Shown: piece by piece, positions 7,954-16,894 of the stretch
How the letters are laid out: each line of letters opens with the position of its first letter
How positions within the stretch are numbered: the first letter of the stretch is position 1
DNA from: Oligoflexales bacterium
Lineage (GTDB): Bacteria; Bdellovibrionota_B; Oligoflexia; Oligoflexales; Bog-1112
DNA: 19,341 bases
NCBI GenBank assembly: GCA_045105515.1
Contig: JBGCDR010000145.1
Location: 1 to 19,341 of the forward strand
Direction of reading: 5' to 3'
Position numbers and translations under genes: made by a program
Notes under the pieces: generated by a model
Databases searched by the model: none
Seen by the model: only the letters and a program-made list of their open reading frames with translations
Told to the model about the DNA's origin: nothing

Positions 7954-10452
7954 ATGCCACAAAGGTTGTTGAGAAACTCTACCATCAAAGTTGCTGAATT
8001 GCTGCAGAATGCAATTACTGAACTAGCAAGTATGCGTAAGGGAACGGTAACCTCTGAATTCATTTTACTTTGTCTAATCGAACAAAAAGATTCCATTGTC
8101 CTTAAAATATTTGACGAACTTAAACTTGATACTCCTAAAATAAGGCATAAGATTGTTGATAAAATCTCAGAGCATTTGAGGTCTATCTCCTCTATTACCA
8201 TTGGAGAGGGAGCTACTGCCTCCATGAAGGTCTCTAAGGATGTACAACAGTTATTTGATTATGCTGACAGGGAGCGTTCAAACCTTGGGGATTCTTATAT
8301 TTCTACATCCTCGATGTTTTTAGCTTGCTTTGTAGATGATCTAATACTTACCAAAGAAATATTAGAAGAAGAGGGTCTTAGTTATGAAGGATGTTACCAA
8401 GCATTGCAAACCATCAGGGGTAATTCGAAGATAACCCAAAAGGATGGGGAATCACGTGCTACCTTTCTCGAAGAATATACAGTTGATATTACGGCGCTAG
8501 CCAGGAAGAAGCAGCTCGATCCGGTAATTGGGCGTAGTGATGAAATTGGCCGTCTAATCGAAATATTGTCGCGAAGAAAGAAAAATAATCCGATTCTGAT
8601 TGGGGAGCCTGGTGTAGGTAAAACAGTTATCATTGAGGGCCTAGCACAGCAGATTGTCAATGGTGATGTTCCCGACTTTCTCGTAAACAAGAAAATTTTG
8701 GCTCTTGAGATGGGGACTCTTATAGCAGGGGCAAAGATGCAAGGAGAATTCGAAGAACGCCTCAAAGCAATAAAAGATGAAGTGATTGCCGCATCTGGAG
8801 AAATTATTATTTTTATTGACGAAATTCACACGGTCATTGGAGCTGGTCGTTCAGGGGGAGGCCTTGATGCTTCTAATATGCTTAAGCCTGCTTTGGCAAG
8901 AGGCGTATTACAATGTGTGGGTGCAACCACGTTGAAAGAATACAAACAATATATTGAAAGTGATAAAGCATTAGCAAGACGTTTTCAAATGGTAAAAGTT
9001 GAAGAACCATCGACTCAGCAGGCTATCTCAATCTTGCGTGGCCTTAAGAATAAATATCAAAATCACCATCAAATTGAATATACGGATGAAGCAATTGAAA
9101 AATCTGTGACTCTTTCATCAAAATACATCGATCAACGGTACTTGCCTGATAAGGCAATTGATCTCTTAGATGAAGCAGGAGCTGCTAAACGTATAAAAGC
9201 TGTATATGCCCCTCCAGAAATGCGTAAACTTGAGCTTAAGCGTTCAGAGCTTGAACAACTTAAAGTTAAGGCATTCCAAGATAGTGATTTTGAATCAATG
9301 GCAAAATCACAGATGGAATTAGCTGTTGTTGAAGATGAATTGTCCAAGTTCAGAAAAGACTCAGCAGGAAAATTTCCTGAGTCTGAGCGAAAGGTTACTG
9401 GGGATGATATTGCTGCGATAGTAAGCAGAATTACTGGAATTCCGGTCAAGAAGATGGTAGCTGATGATGCTGTTAAACTTGGATCTATGGAAAGCTATAT
9501 TAGTAAACGGGTGATTGGTCAGAATTATGCAATTTCTGTAGTATCTCATGCCATTCGTAGGAATAGATCTGGATTAAGGAAGCAGAATAAACCGATCGCT
9601 TCATTTTTGTTCCTTGGACCTACGGGAGTGGGAAAAACTGAACTAGCTAAGGCATTGGCAGAACAGGTCTTGGACGATGAAAATAAGATTATTCGTCTTG
9701 ATATGTCGGAATATATGGGGCGACATGATGTTTCTAAATTGATCGGATCTCCACCTGGGTATGTTGGTTATGGGGAAGGTGGTCAATTGACTGAAAAAGT
9801 TAAACATCAGCCATATTCGGTAATATTACTTGATGAGTTCGAAAAAGCTCATCCTGATGTTTATAATATTCTACTTCCTGTACTTGATGAAGGTTGGCTT
9901 ACTGATGGTGAAGGTCAGCGGGTAAGTTTCCGCAATTGCATTATTATTGGAACCTCCAACCTTGGCTCAGCGATTTTAACAGACGGTAAAAAACCTGTTG
10001 GCATTGGTTCTCAGGACTATGACCTAAGTAAAGACGAACAATATCATGAAATTATGAAGGAGGTGCGAAGTTTTCTTAGGCCAGAGTTCCTCAATCGATT
10101 AGACGAAATCATCGTATTTGATCGCTTAACTCCTTCAGAGTTGGGTCAGATTTTGGATCTCCAGATCGGTGATTTAGAAAAGAGACTTAATGAGCTTGGC
10201 CTAAAATTAAAAGTTTCTCCCAACGTCAAGAAGTTGATACTTTCATCGATTGATAACTTGAATTTTGGAGCTAGACCAGTTAAACGAAAAATTGAAGTTA
10301 TGATTGAAAATAAAGTAGCATCATTACTTATAGAAAAGAATTCTAATGAAAAATCACAAGTATTTATTGATGCTGATGAAAATGATATTATCGTAGGTTT
10401 TACAGACGATAAATCAGACACTTCTGATCCCAAGAATGTTGATTCGGAATAA
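7954..10452 (+). CDS. clpC: Class I Clp/Hsp100 ATPase, ClpC-like
   Basis: Clp N-domain and two AAA+ modules (GEPGVGKT/FIDEIH; GPTGVGKT/LLDEFEKAHP). Short single coiled-coil M domain (QDSDFESMA) and a VGIG loop at the ClpP-docking position; 832 aa. Confidence 0.85.
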   Translation: MPQRLLRNSTIKVAELLQNAITELASMRKGTVTSEFILLCLIEQKDSIVLKIFDELKLDTPKIRHKIVDKISEHLRSISSITIGEGATASMKVSKDVQQLFDYADRERSNLGDSYISTSSMFLACFVDDLILTKEILEEEGLSYEGCYQALQTIRGNSKITQKDGESRATFLEEYTVDITALARKKQLDPVIGRSDEIGRLIEILSRRKKNNPILIGEPGVGKTVIIEGLAQQIVNGDVPDFLVNKKILALEMGTLIAGAKMQGEFEERLKAIKDEVIAASGEIIIFIDEIHTVIGAGRSGGGLDASNMLKPALARGVLQCVGATTLKEYKQYIESDKALARRFQMVKVEEPSTQQAISILRGLKNKYQNHHQIEYTDEAIEKSVTLSSKYIDQRYLPDKAIDLLDEAGAAKRIKAVYAPPEMRKLELKRSELEQLKVKAFQDSDFESMAKSQMELAVVEDELSKFRKDSAGKFPESERKVTGDDIAAIVSRITGIPVKKMVADDAVKLGSMESYISKRVIGQNYAISVVSHAIRRNRSGLRKQNKPIASFLFLGPTGVGKTELAKALAEQVLDDENKIIRLDMSEYMGRHDVSKLIGSPPGYVGYGEGGQLTEKVKHQPYSVILLDEFEKAHPDVYNILLPVLDEGWLTDGEGQRVSFRNCIIIGTSNLGSAILTDGKKPVGIGSQDYDLSKDEQYHEIMKEVRSFLRPEFLNRLDEIIVFDRLTPSELGQILDLQIGDLEKRLNELGLKLKVSPNVKKLILSSIDNLNFGARPVKRKIEVMIENKVASLLIEKNSNEKSQVFIDADENDIIVGFTDDKSDTSDPKNVDSE

Positions 10453-10541
10453 TTTACCAGGTAAAAGTTCCCGCATACAATATGTTTTTATCCAAGTTAA
10501 AATAGAGCGAGACTCCTTTTAAATCAAAAAAGGAAATTTGA

Positions 10542-12818
10542 TTGTTCTATAAGATCATGATATCCATGATAATTACCTGTACTTCTATGACTGCTTTAGC
10601 AGGCTTACAGTCTGATATTAAGTTAAAAACCTTGTTAGATAGCTCCAGATTAAATCGTAAACATTCTAATAGAGTTTTCCAGAATAAGGAATTATCTAGT
10701 TATATCTATTTAAAAAAAGCCTCAAATAATTTAGATCGAAATATTAGACTGACTCTCCACTACCTCACTAAGGCCGAAACATCAGCGCCTAAGCAGCTTG
10801 TACATTTAATTAAGTATTATCGAGCTAGGGCATTCATGGAGATCGGCGAGTATGACAGAGCAATCAATATACTCCAACAATTAATTGAATACAGGGGTTT
10901 TAGTGAAGATAGACAGTATGAAATAAAATCGATTTTACTCGATGCGCTGATAAAAATTGATCAAAATGAGGAATTTTTAAAGAATTTTTCTCGCTTTAAA
11001 GGTAAAACTCGCTTTGACTTCACCTTAGACACCTACTATTTAAAGGCCGCGAATATCTTGGAAGATAAAGGCGAATATAAGACTATGTATCAGTATTTAG
11101 AGCGTCTTGCATCGTTTTATCCCATCTCAAAACTATCAAGAACTGCTTTTAGAAAACTTATTGAATATACCTGTGAATCTACGGAAAAGAAAAATGTGCC
11201 TAGGTATTACTTTTCATATAAACTTCTCACTAAGCTTGGTAGGCATGTTAGCTTAGATCAAAGTCTTGAGGAATTTATAGTTTTTTCTAGCCAAAGAAAG
11301 TTAAGGAAAAAACGCAGACACGCTGCCTATCTGAATGAACTTGAAAGGGTTGAATATTTCTTTGATGCACGTCTTTACCAAAATGCTTTTGAATTAGGAA
11401 AGCAGATCTCAAGAGATAAATACTTCGTATTTGAATCTGATGGTAGGAATAAACTTCTAACCCTATTAGGTGTATTAGCCAACCGATTGTATAAACATAA
11501 GGAAGCAGCAAAGTACTTTTCTTTGACTAAAGCAAAAGACACCCGTGGCTTAAATCATACAAAGTTAAGTGAATACCTTGCTGATTCGCTTAGCTATGGA
11601 GGTTTCAAGGGAATGGCATCCGAGCTTTACGGTAACATTGCTGCTAAGACTAACAATCGCTTGTTGAGATGGCACCATTTTTGGAATAGTTATTCAATCG
11701 ATGATTGGGAAGAAGCATCTGTCTTACTCAAAAGATCTAGGAAAAAGTACGTTCCACCAAGAGACTATTTGCAACCCCATGGGCCTTTATATTGGCGTGC
11801 AAGAGTATTGGAAAATTCAAATGAGCCAAAACTTGCTGCAGATTTATATAAGAAATTATTGGGCACTCATTCAGATGACATATATGGAAATTTTATTGCT
11901 TTTCGACATCCTGAACTAGTAAAAAAAAATCATGATTTATCCAAAACCCCCTTAACTGATTTGCAGAAAGAAATTGAAACTTGGCATAGAGGAAAAAATC
12001 TTGAAGCTTTATCCAAGAAAAGTAAACAGAAGGAAAAAATAAATAACTTAATTTATCTGTATAGAGCACGTTTAAATAAGGATGTCGTTGATGGCCTTCA
12101 TGCGATTAATCTCTCTAAACTTTCCTTCGAAGAGTTGGCACTTGTAAGTGCGTTAAGTGCAAAAGTGGGTGCATATTATGTGGAGCAAAAATCTGCAAGA
12201 AAATTTATTTTGAAGGTTATTCCTAATGCAGTTAATTGGTTTGAAATAACGAATCATCAACAAGATTATAATGTTATCTGGAAGTCTTACTATCCTAAAG
12301 CATACGAAAATTTGGTTTTCGAGGTTGCTGGTATTCTTAAAATTGACCCATTTTTCATTCTTAGTATTATGCGGATGGAAAGCTATTATAACGAAAAAGC
12401 CCTGTCATATGTTGGTGCTAGAGGTCTTATGCAAATTATGCCTTATACAGCTTTGCAGATTGCTAAAAGGATTGGTCACGATAGATTTAAGTTAGAAGCT
12501 ATGTGGAAACCCAAGGTAAATATCGTTTATGGTGGTTGGTATCTGAGTTTTCTTTTGGCTTATTATAAGCAGAATCCCATTTTAGCGGCAGCAGCCTATA
12601 ATGCGGGACCATTTGCAGTTAATGCATGGATAGAGCGTTGTAATGGATGTGCATTTGATGAATTTGTTGAGTCGATACCTTACAGAGAAACCAGAGGATA
12701 TGTAAAGAATGTCATTAAATCATTAGTGCGCTATCATCGAATTAATTCTAGTGAACAGTTGCCAAATCTGTTTTCTGCAATACCGAAAAAATTACCACCT
12801 AATGAAGAGTTTTTTTAG
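10542..12818 (+). CDS. slt: Slt70-like soluble lytic murein transglycosylase
   Basis: Signal-peptide-like N-terminus and helical TPR-like region. C-terminal SLT domain with IMRMES (catalytic Glu), GARGLMQIMP, AAYNAGP and IPYRETRGYVKNV. Confidence 0.9.
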   Translation: MFYKIMISMIITCTSMTALAGLQSDIKLKTLLDSSRLNRKHSNRVFQNKELSSYIYLKKASNNLDRNIRLTLHYLTKAETSAPKQLVHLIKYYRARAFMEIGEYDRAINILQQLIEYRGFSEDRQYEIKSILLDALIKIDQNEEFLKNFSRFKGKTRFDFTLDTYYLKAANILEDKGEYKTMYQYLERLASFYPISKLSRTAFRKLIEYTCESTEKKNVPRYYFSYKLLTKLGRHVSLDQSLEEFIVFSSQRKLRKKRRHAAYLNELERVEYFFDARLYQNAFELGKQISRDKYFVFESDGRNKLLTLLGVLANRLYKHKEAAKYFSLTKAKDTRGLNHTKLSEYLADSLSYGGFKGMASELYGNIAAKTNNRLLRWHHFWNSYSIDDWEEASVLLKRSRKKYVPPRDYLQPHGPLYWRARVLENSNEPKLAADLYKKLLGTHSDDIYGNFIAFRHPELVKKNHDLSKTPLTDLQKEIETWHRGKNLEALSKKSKQKEKINNLIYLYRARLNKDVVDGLHAINLSKLSFEELALVSALSAKVGAYYVEQKSARKFILKVIPNAVNWFEITNHQQDYNVIWKSYYPKAYENLVFEVAGILKIDPFFILSIMRMESYYNEKALSYVGARGLMQIMPYTALQIAKRIGHDRFKLEAMWKPKVNIVYGGWYLSFLLAYYKQNPILAAAAYNAGPFAVNAWIERCNGCAFDEFVESIPYRETRGYVKNVIKSLVRYHRINSSEQLPNLFSAIPKKLPPNEEFF

Positions 12819-12851
12819 GCAAAATTTATACAACTTAGCATCTAAAAATAG

Positions 12852-12860
12852 TGTTAGAAT
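12852..12860 (+). promoter_or_regulatory. Putative extended -10 promoter element
   Basis: TG-T-TAGAAT, 36 nt upstream of ATG 12897; no good -35. Confidence 0.35.
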
Positions 12861-12896
12861 TTAATTTGAAAGAGTCAATTGGAAGAAGGAGTATGC

Positions 12897-13631
12897 ATGG
12901 CAGATCAGTGGTTATCCATTGTCGAGTATGCTCGATGTTTTAACATCTCAGACATGACAGTGCGTAGAAGAATCAAGAATGGCAAATTACATGCTGTTTT
13001 AAAAGAAGGAAAGTATTATATTCCTATCGCAGATGATACAGCGAAACATTCTTCTCGTCGTCAGCGCCCCCATGAAGAAGTGGGCGGACCTGAACCAAGA
13101 GATATCTATAATTATAGATGGGAAGAAGAAGAAGCAGATGAAGAAGACTATTATGAGGCTCCTAGGCAGATTTACAATAAAGAGGCAAAAAAATCTGATC
13201 GATCAAGATATCCGCAGGAGCGTCATAAATCGCATTTTTCTCAACAAGAGGAAAAAATGCCAACACATTTAAGTTCAAGCCATCCAGTTAAAAAGTTTAG
13301 GAAGAACGATGCTAAACGCCCTCAAAAAGATAATCGTGATTTTAGCCACTTGCCTAAAGAAATAACAAGGTCTTTTGAAAGTCAAAATGCAAGTGTAGTA
13401 GAGACAGAAGCTTTACTTGATTTTTGTAATACAGCAATGAGAAGCCTTGATAACTCTAAAAAAGTTATTGAAGAAAGTTTTAAAAATAAGGTAGAAGCTC
13501 TTGAAGAAAAAACAAAGGCTCTGGAAGCACAACTTGGAGAAAAAGATCAAAAGGTAGAAGATTTGAAGCAAAAGGTAGAAGATTTCCATTTGCTAATAAA
13601 GATAATTGAATCGGCGAAAAAAAATAATTAG
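12897..13631 (+). CDS. Putative DNA-binding protein: N-terminal excisionase/MerR-like HTH, disordered linker, C-terminal coiled coil
   Basis: AAGGAG RBS before ATG 12897; WLSIVEYARCFNISDMTVRRRIKNGKLHAV...GKYYIP winged-HTH pattern; heptad-rich C-terminus. Confidence 0.8.
   Translation: MADQWLSIVEYARCFNISDMTVRRRIKNGKLHAVLKEGKYYIPIADDTAKHSSRRQRPHEEVGGPEPRDIYNYRWEEEEADEEDYYEAPRQIYNKEAKKSDRSRYPQERHKSHFSQQEEKMPTHLSSSHPVKKFRKNDAKRPQKDNRDFSHLPKEITRSFESQNASVVETEALLDFCNTAMRSLDNSKKVIEESFKNKVEALEEKTKALEAQLGEKDQKVEDLKQKVEDFHLLIKIIESAKKNN
13548..13585 (+). repeat. 17-bp perfect direct repeat with 21-nt period (one heptad)
   Basis: CAAAAGGTAGAAGATTT at 13548-13564 and 13569-13585, encoding QKVEDLK/QKVEDF. 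Confidence 0.85.
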
Positions 13632-14788
13632 ACTTTGTTAAACCATAGAAGATTCGAATCCCCATAGCTATAAAAACGGTAGTTATGGTCAATTGCAAAT
13701 TCATATATTTTTTTCGCTTCTTGATAACCTACCAAAGCACAAATCAACATAAATAAAGTAGAGCATGGTTGATGAAAATTTGTCATCAGGCCATTAATTA
13801 GGCTGCTGTAAAAGCGGTCTGCATTGTTTTTTGGGCGAATAAAAAGCTCTGTTTCATGCCATTGATCTACTATATCTTTAGCCTGGTAGCCATTTGATAG
13901 TAGTTTGTTGAAGGATTCTAGGCAGCGTAAGCTTGTAGTTCCCACGGGGATTATATTTTTACCGCTCTTACGAGCATGAGTAATTTTTTCCCAAGTAGCA
14001 CTCGGTATGGAGTATTGTTCAGTATGCATAACATGGGCATCTATGTTTTCAGTTTTTATTGGCATGAAGGTACCTGCACCAACATGTAAAGTTATATTTG
14101 CAGTCTCTATATTTGCGGTATGAAGATCGCTCAGCAACTCAGGAGTAAAATGTAGTCCTGCTGTTGGAGCAGCAACTGAACCAAGCTTGTTAGCATAGAC
14201 AGTTTGGTATCTAGTTAAGTCTTCGGATTCCCTTGCAGGCAGAGCCTTTTTACGTTTAATGTAAGGAGGAAGAGGAACATAGCCATTTCGAATAGTCCAG
14301 TCTATAAGATCCGATGATTTAAAGTTAAATTGAAGTTGTAATGTAGGGCTTGCAGCCTCAGGGTCACGCGATTTTATGCAGGCAATTAATCCATCCTCAA
14401 AATAAATTTTCGTTCCTTCTTTTAGCTTTTTGAAGGGCTTACCAATTGCAGGAATAGAAAAGTCTTTAGCATGAATGGGGCTATATAGCAGGAATAATTC
14501 TACTTTCCCTCCGGTTTCTAATTTTCCGATTAGACGGCTTGGGAATACCTGAGTATCGTTAAATATGAGTAAAGAATTTGCTGGTAATAACTTGGGTAAA
14601 TCTATGACATAATGATTTAGAAGAGACCCATTTTGCTCCTTTACTAGAAGACGAGAGCCCGAGCGCTTTGAGCACGGTGTTTGCGCTATCTGTTCTTGTG
14701 GGAGATCAAAATTAAAGTCCTTTAAAGAAAGCTCTTTAGCTCTGTTGTTATCTGTTGATCTTAATATTGTAGGATTTGATGTATTCAT
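13628..14788 (-). CDS. queA: S-adenosylmethionine:tRNA ribosyltransferase-isomerase
   Basis: DFNFDLPQEQIAQ, VPLPPYI, YQTVYA, GSVAAPTAGLHFT, LHVGAGTF, VGTT, TNFH and YRFYSYGD motifs. Start uncertain (14788 or 14803). Stop overlaps the convergent gene's stop. Confidence 0.96.
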   Translation of the reverse strand: MNTSNPTILRSTDNNRAKELSLKDFNFDLPQEQIAQTPCSKRSGSRLLVKEQNGSLLNHYVIDLPKLLPANSLLIFNDTQVFPSRLIGKLETGGKVELFLLYSPIHAKDFSIPAIGKPFKKLKEGTKIYFEDGLIACIKSRDPEAASPTLQLQFNFKSSDLIDWTIRNGYVPLPPYIKRKKALPARESEDLTRYQTVYANKLGSVAAPTAGLHFTPELLSDLHTANIETANITLHVGAGTFMPIKTENIDAHVMHTEQYSIPSATWEKITHARKSGKNIIPVGTTSLRCLESFNKLLSNGYQAKDIVDQWHETELFIRPKNNADRFYSSLINGLMTNFHQPCSTLFMLICALVGYQEAKKIYEFAIDHNYRFYSYGDSNLLWFNKV

Positions 14789-14811
14789 ATTTAAAGGCCA
14801 CATTGAAAAAA

Positions 14812-16191
14812 ATGAATTGGCTAATAAGAGTGAGGTTTATTTTTCCTCCTAGGTCACATGGTTTTATACCGAATTCTAATGTTTGGCAATTATTTGTCAT
14901 AATTCTTTGTATCTGTAATATCTTATGTTTGCCTCTTGGTGACTTGTTCGCTTGTCCTGCTTACCTTTACTTTAAGACCGACTTAGAAGAGCTTAAGGGA
15001 AAGCGTAACGAAATTAGTTTGCTGACTTATAGTAGAAAATCTCAAACCTGGAATTTTTTGCCGCTTCAAGTTGACCCTTTAAATCAAGGAGGGGGAGTAT
15101 TATTTGATGATGATCAGGAAATGATGGACAAAGATATAAATATTAACGATCGCATTGTTTTTGATGTCGAGGACTTTGGAGATCAGGGTGATTTAAAAAG
15201 CTTTCCCTGTAAGGGTTCTGCAGTTTATCGGCTAGTTAACTATATCGACAAAACCAAGCATGCCTATCTAAGCATTTGCAGTAAAGATCTACAAAAGAAA
15301 TATAGCCTGAATAAGAGACAAAAAGTTTTTTATAATCCTGATAAGCATTTTCTGGGTAGCAATGAATACACTTATTTTTTTAACCCTGATAATTATCTTT
15401 TGTTTGATAAGGTTCTTATCAGGCAAAAAAAAGCTAAAGATGTTTCTTCAATAGGTTCCAACATAACAATTTTATCTGATGTAAAGAATTTTTTTACGTT
15501 GGTATTTGATTCAGATAACATCGAATCTCAACTCGAAAGTACGATAGATGGACCTTTAGGTATCAATGGAAGTGTGTCATTCTTTGTTCGCGTTTTATTT
15601 CTTAAATTGAAACTATCCTTGTCAACTGATGTAAGCTTTTATCGAAGATCAGCACACATTCCTATGGTTTTATATTTACCTGTTGATGCGACTGCCTATC
15701 TAAATCATGGTAGTGGTATTATTTATAATTGGCAATTATCAGATAGCTTTAGAAAGCAAGCAACTTATGTGCAAATGCCTCGCTTCGATAAAAATATGTT
15801 CTCACAACTAATGAATAATCATGCTGAATATAGTAAATTAGGTTTGCCTTACTGCCGAGGGGGTAAGTACTGTTATTTTTCCTATAAGGTAGGAAAAGAA
15901 CATCCCTTTATTATGCAATTTACTATTCTAAAAGATTTGGTTAACGCAGGCTTCTTTCCTGTTTATGTAAGCGATGTAAGCCAATTTGAAAAATTAATGA
16001 ACTGGGGTTTAGCTGATGATCTAGAGGCTCCCGAAGAAAAATTGAAGCTTGCTGTCCAATCTGGTTTTTACTTTTCAACTTCGGGCCTATCGGAGGGCAA
16101 CCATGCCTGGGATTTTTGGATGCAGCTTGGTTCTGGTGGTCAAAAAACAACTAATTGCCCTTACCCCTTAATTCTAAATAGAGTCAGGTGA
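14812..16191 (+). CDS. Hypothetical exported beta-rich protein
   Basis: ORF of ~460 aa, start uncertain (14812 or GTG 14830). Hydrophobic segment VWQLFVIILCICNILCLPL followed by DLFA-C; several Cys pairs. Confidence 0.75.
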   Translation: MNWLIRVRFIFPPRSHGFIPNSNVWQLFVIILCICNILCLPLGDLFACPAYLYFKTDLEELKGKRNEISLLTYSRKSQTWNFLPLQVDPLNQGGGVLFDDDQEMMDKDININDRIVFDVEDFGDQGDLKSFPCKGSAVYRLVNYIDKTKHAYLSICSKDLQKKYSLNKRQKVFYNPDKHFLGSNEYTYFFNPDNYLLFDKVLIRQKKAKDVSSIGSNITILSDVKNFFTLVFDSDNIESQLESTIDGPLGINGSVSFFVRVLFLKLKLSLSTDVSFYRRSAHIPMVLYLPVDATAYLNHGSGIIYNWQLSDSFRKQATYVQMPRFDKNMFSQLMNNHAEYSKLGLPYCRGGKYCYFSYKVGKEHPFIMQFTILKDLVNAGFFPVYVSDVSQFEKLMNWGLADDLEAPEEKLKLAVQSGFYFSTSGLSEGNHAWDFWMQLGSGGQKTTNCPYPLILNRVR

Positions 16192-16263
16192 GGAATTTCA
16201 GTTCTCACAACTTAATTTTTAGCGGCTTTCCCAACATTTCCATTATCGCCACAAGAAGCTTAT

Positions 16264-16382
16264 TGACACAGCCATCGAGTATGTGTACTGGGTATATTGG
16301 TGTACGTTGTATACCTATTTAAGTGGCTTCGTAAGCACTGATTTCATAAATTCGATGGCAGGCTGGGGTTAAAAGGCTGTCA
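16264..16382 (+). ncRNA. Candidate structured RNA (three-way junction), family unknown
   Basis: P1 16271-16280/16350-16359, P2 16289-16296/16310-16317, P3 16322-16329/16333-16339. G-U pairs favour the + strand. Confidence 0.4.
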
Positions 16383-16411
16383 TATTTATTGTTTGCTAGA
16401 TGGGAGGCCGT

Positions 16412-16792
16412 ATGCCTGAAAAGAGTGTGTTGATACCTGAAAGTTTAAGAGAACTATTTATCGATGCAATTGCTTTGACTGCAGATTGCTATCTTAGGCA
16501 TCAGATGGAAGCTATGAATATTGCGACCGACGAGGTTTTGGTACGTACTCCATCGGGGCAGCTTGCTGAAACTCGGCCAGTCCGCTATCGCGTTGAGCGT
16601 TACTTTGCCTCTATTGATTGGTCAGAGCGGCTGGAAATCATCAAAATTCTTTCATTAATTGAGCAGGCAATCGAACGTTTACGCTTCCATCCGTCTTGTC
16701 AGTTTGCTCGTACTATAGAGGCACTCTATTCTTATGATTTGGGTTTCGAACATGGAAAAATTGTTCGTTTGCTTAAGAATAAAGCGAGCTAA
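16412..16792 (+). CDS. Hypothetical protein (126 aa, probably helical and cytoplasmic)
   Basis: Strong GGGAGG RBS (16402-16407) before ATG 16412; no signal peptide; no recognised family. Confidence 0.8.
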   Translation: MPEKSVLIPESLRELFIDAIALTADCYLRHQMEAMNIATDEVLVRTPSGQLAETRPVRYRVERYFASIDWSERLEIIKILSLIEQAIERLRFHPSCQFARTIEALYSYDLGFEHGKIVRLLKNKAS

Positions 16793-16894
16793 TACGTAAT
16801 TCTAGGTGAAGAAAACTTTAGCTTTTGTGTTAAGGTGAAACTTCCTTGGAGTATTTTGTTACTGAGCTTTGAAATTGCTTTAGGGAATGAATTT

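Noticed and set aside
7954..10452. ClpB or T6SS ClpV
   Set aside because: The M domain is too short for ClpB, a ClpP-loop-like motif is present, and there are no T6SS genes nearby.
6007..12818. ddl, lspA, clpC and slt as an antibiotic self-resistance cluster (all are natural-product targets)
   Set aside because: No biosynthetic genes in the window and no evidence these are duplicate copies; a housekeeping cluster is the simpler explanation.
16271..16359. Hammerhead ribozyme, canonical purine riboswitch or tRNA
   Set aside because: CUGAnGA plus GAAA are not both present on either strand; junction lengths do not fit the purine consensus; no tRNA T-loop or cloverleaf.
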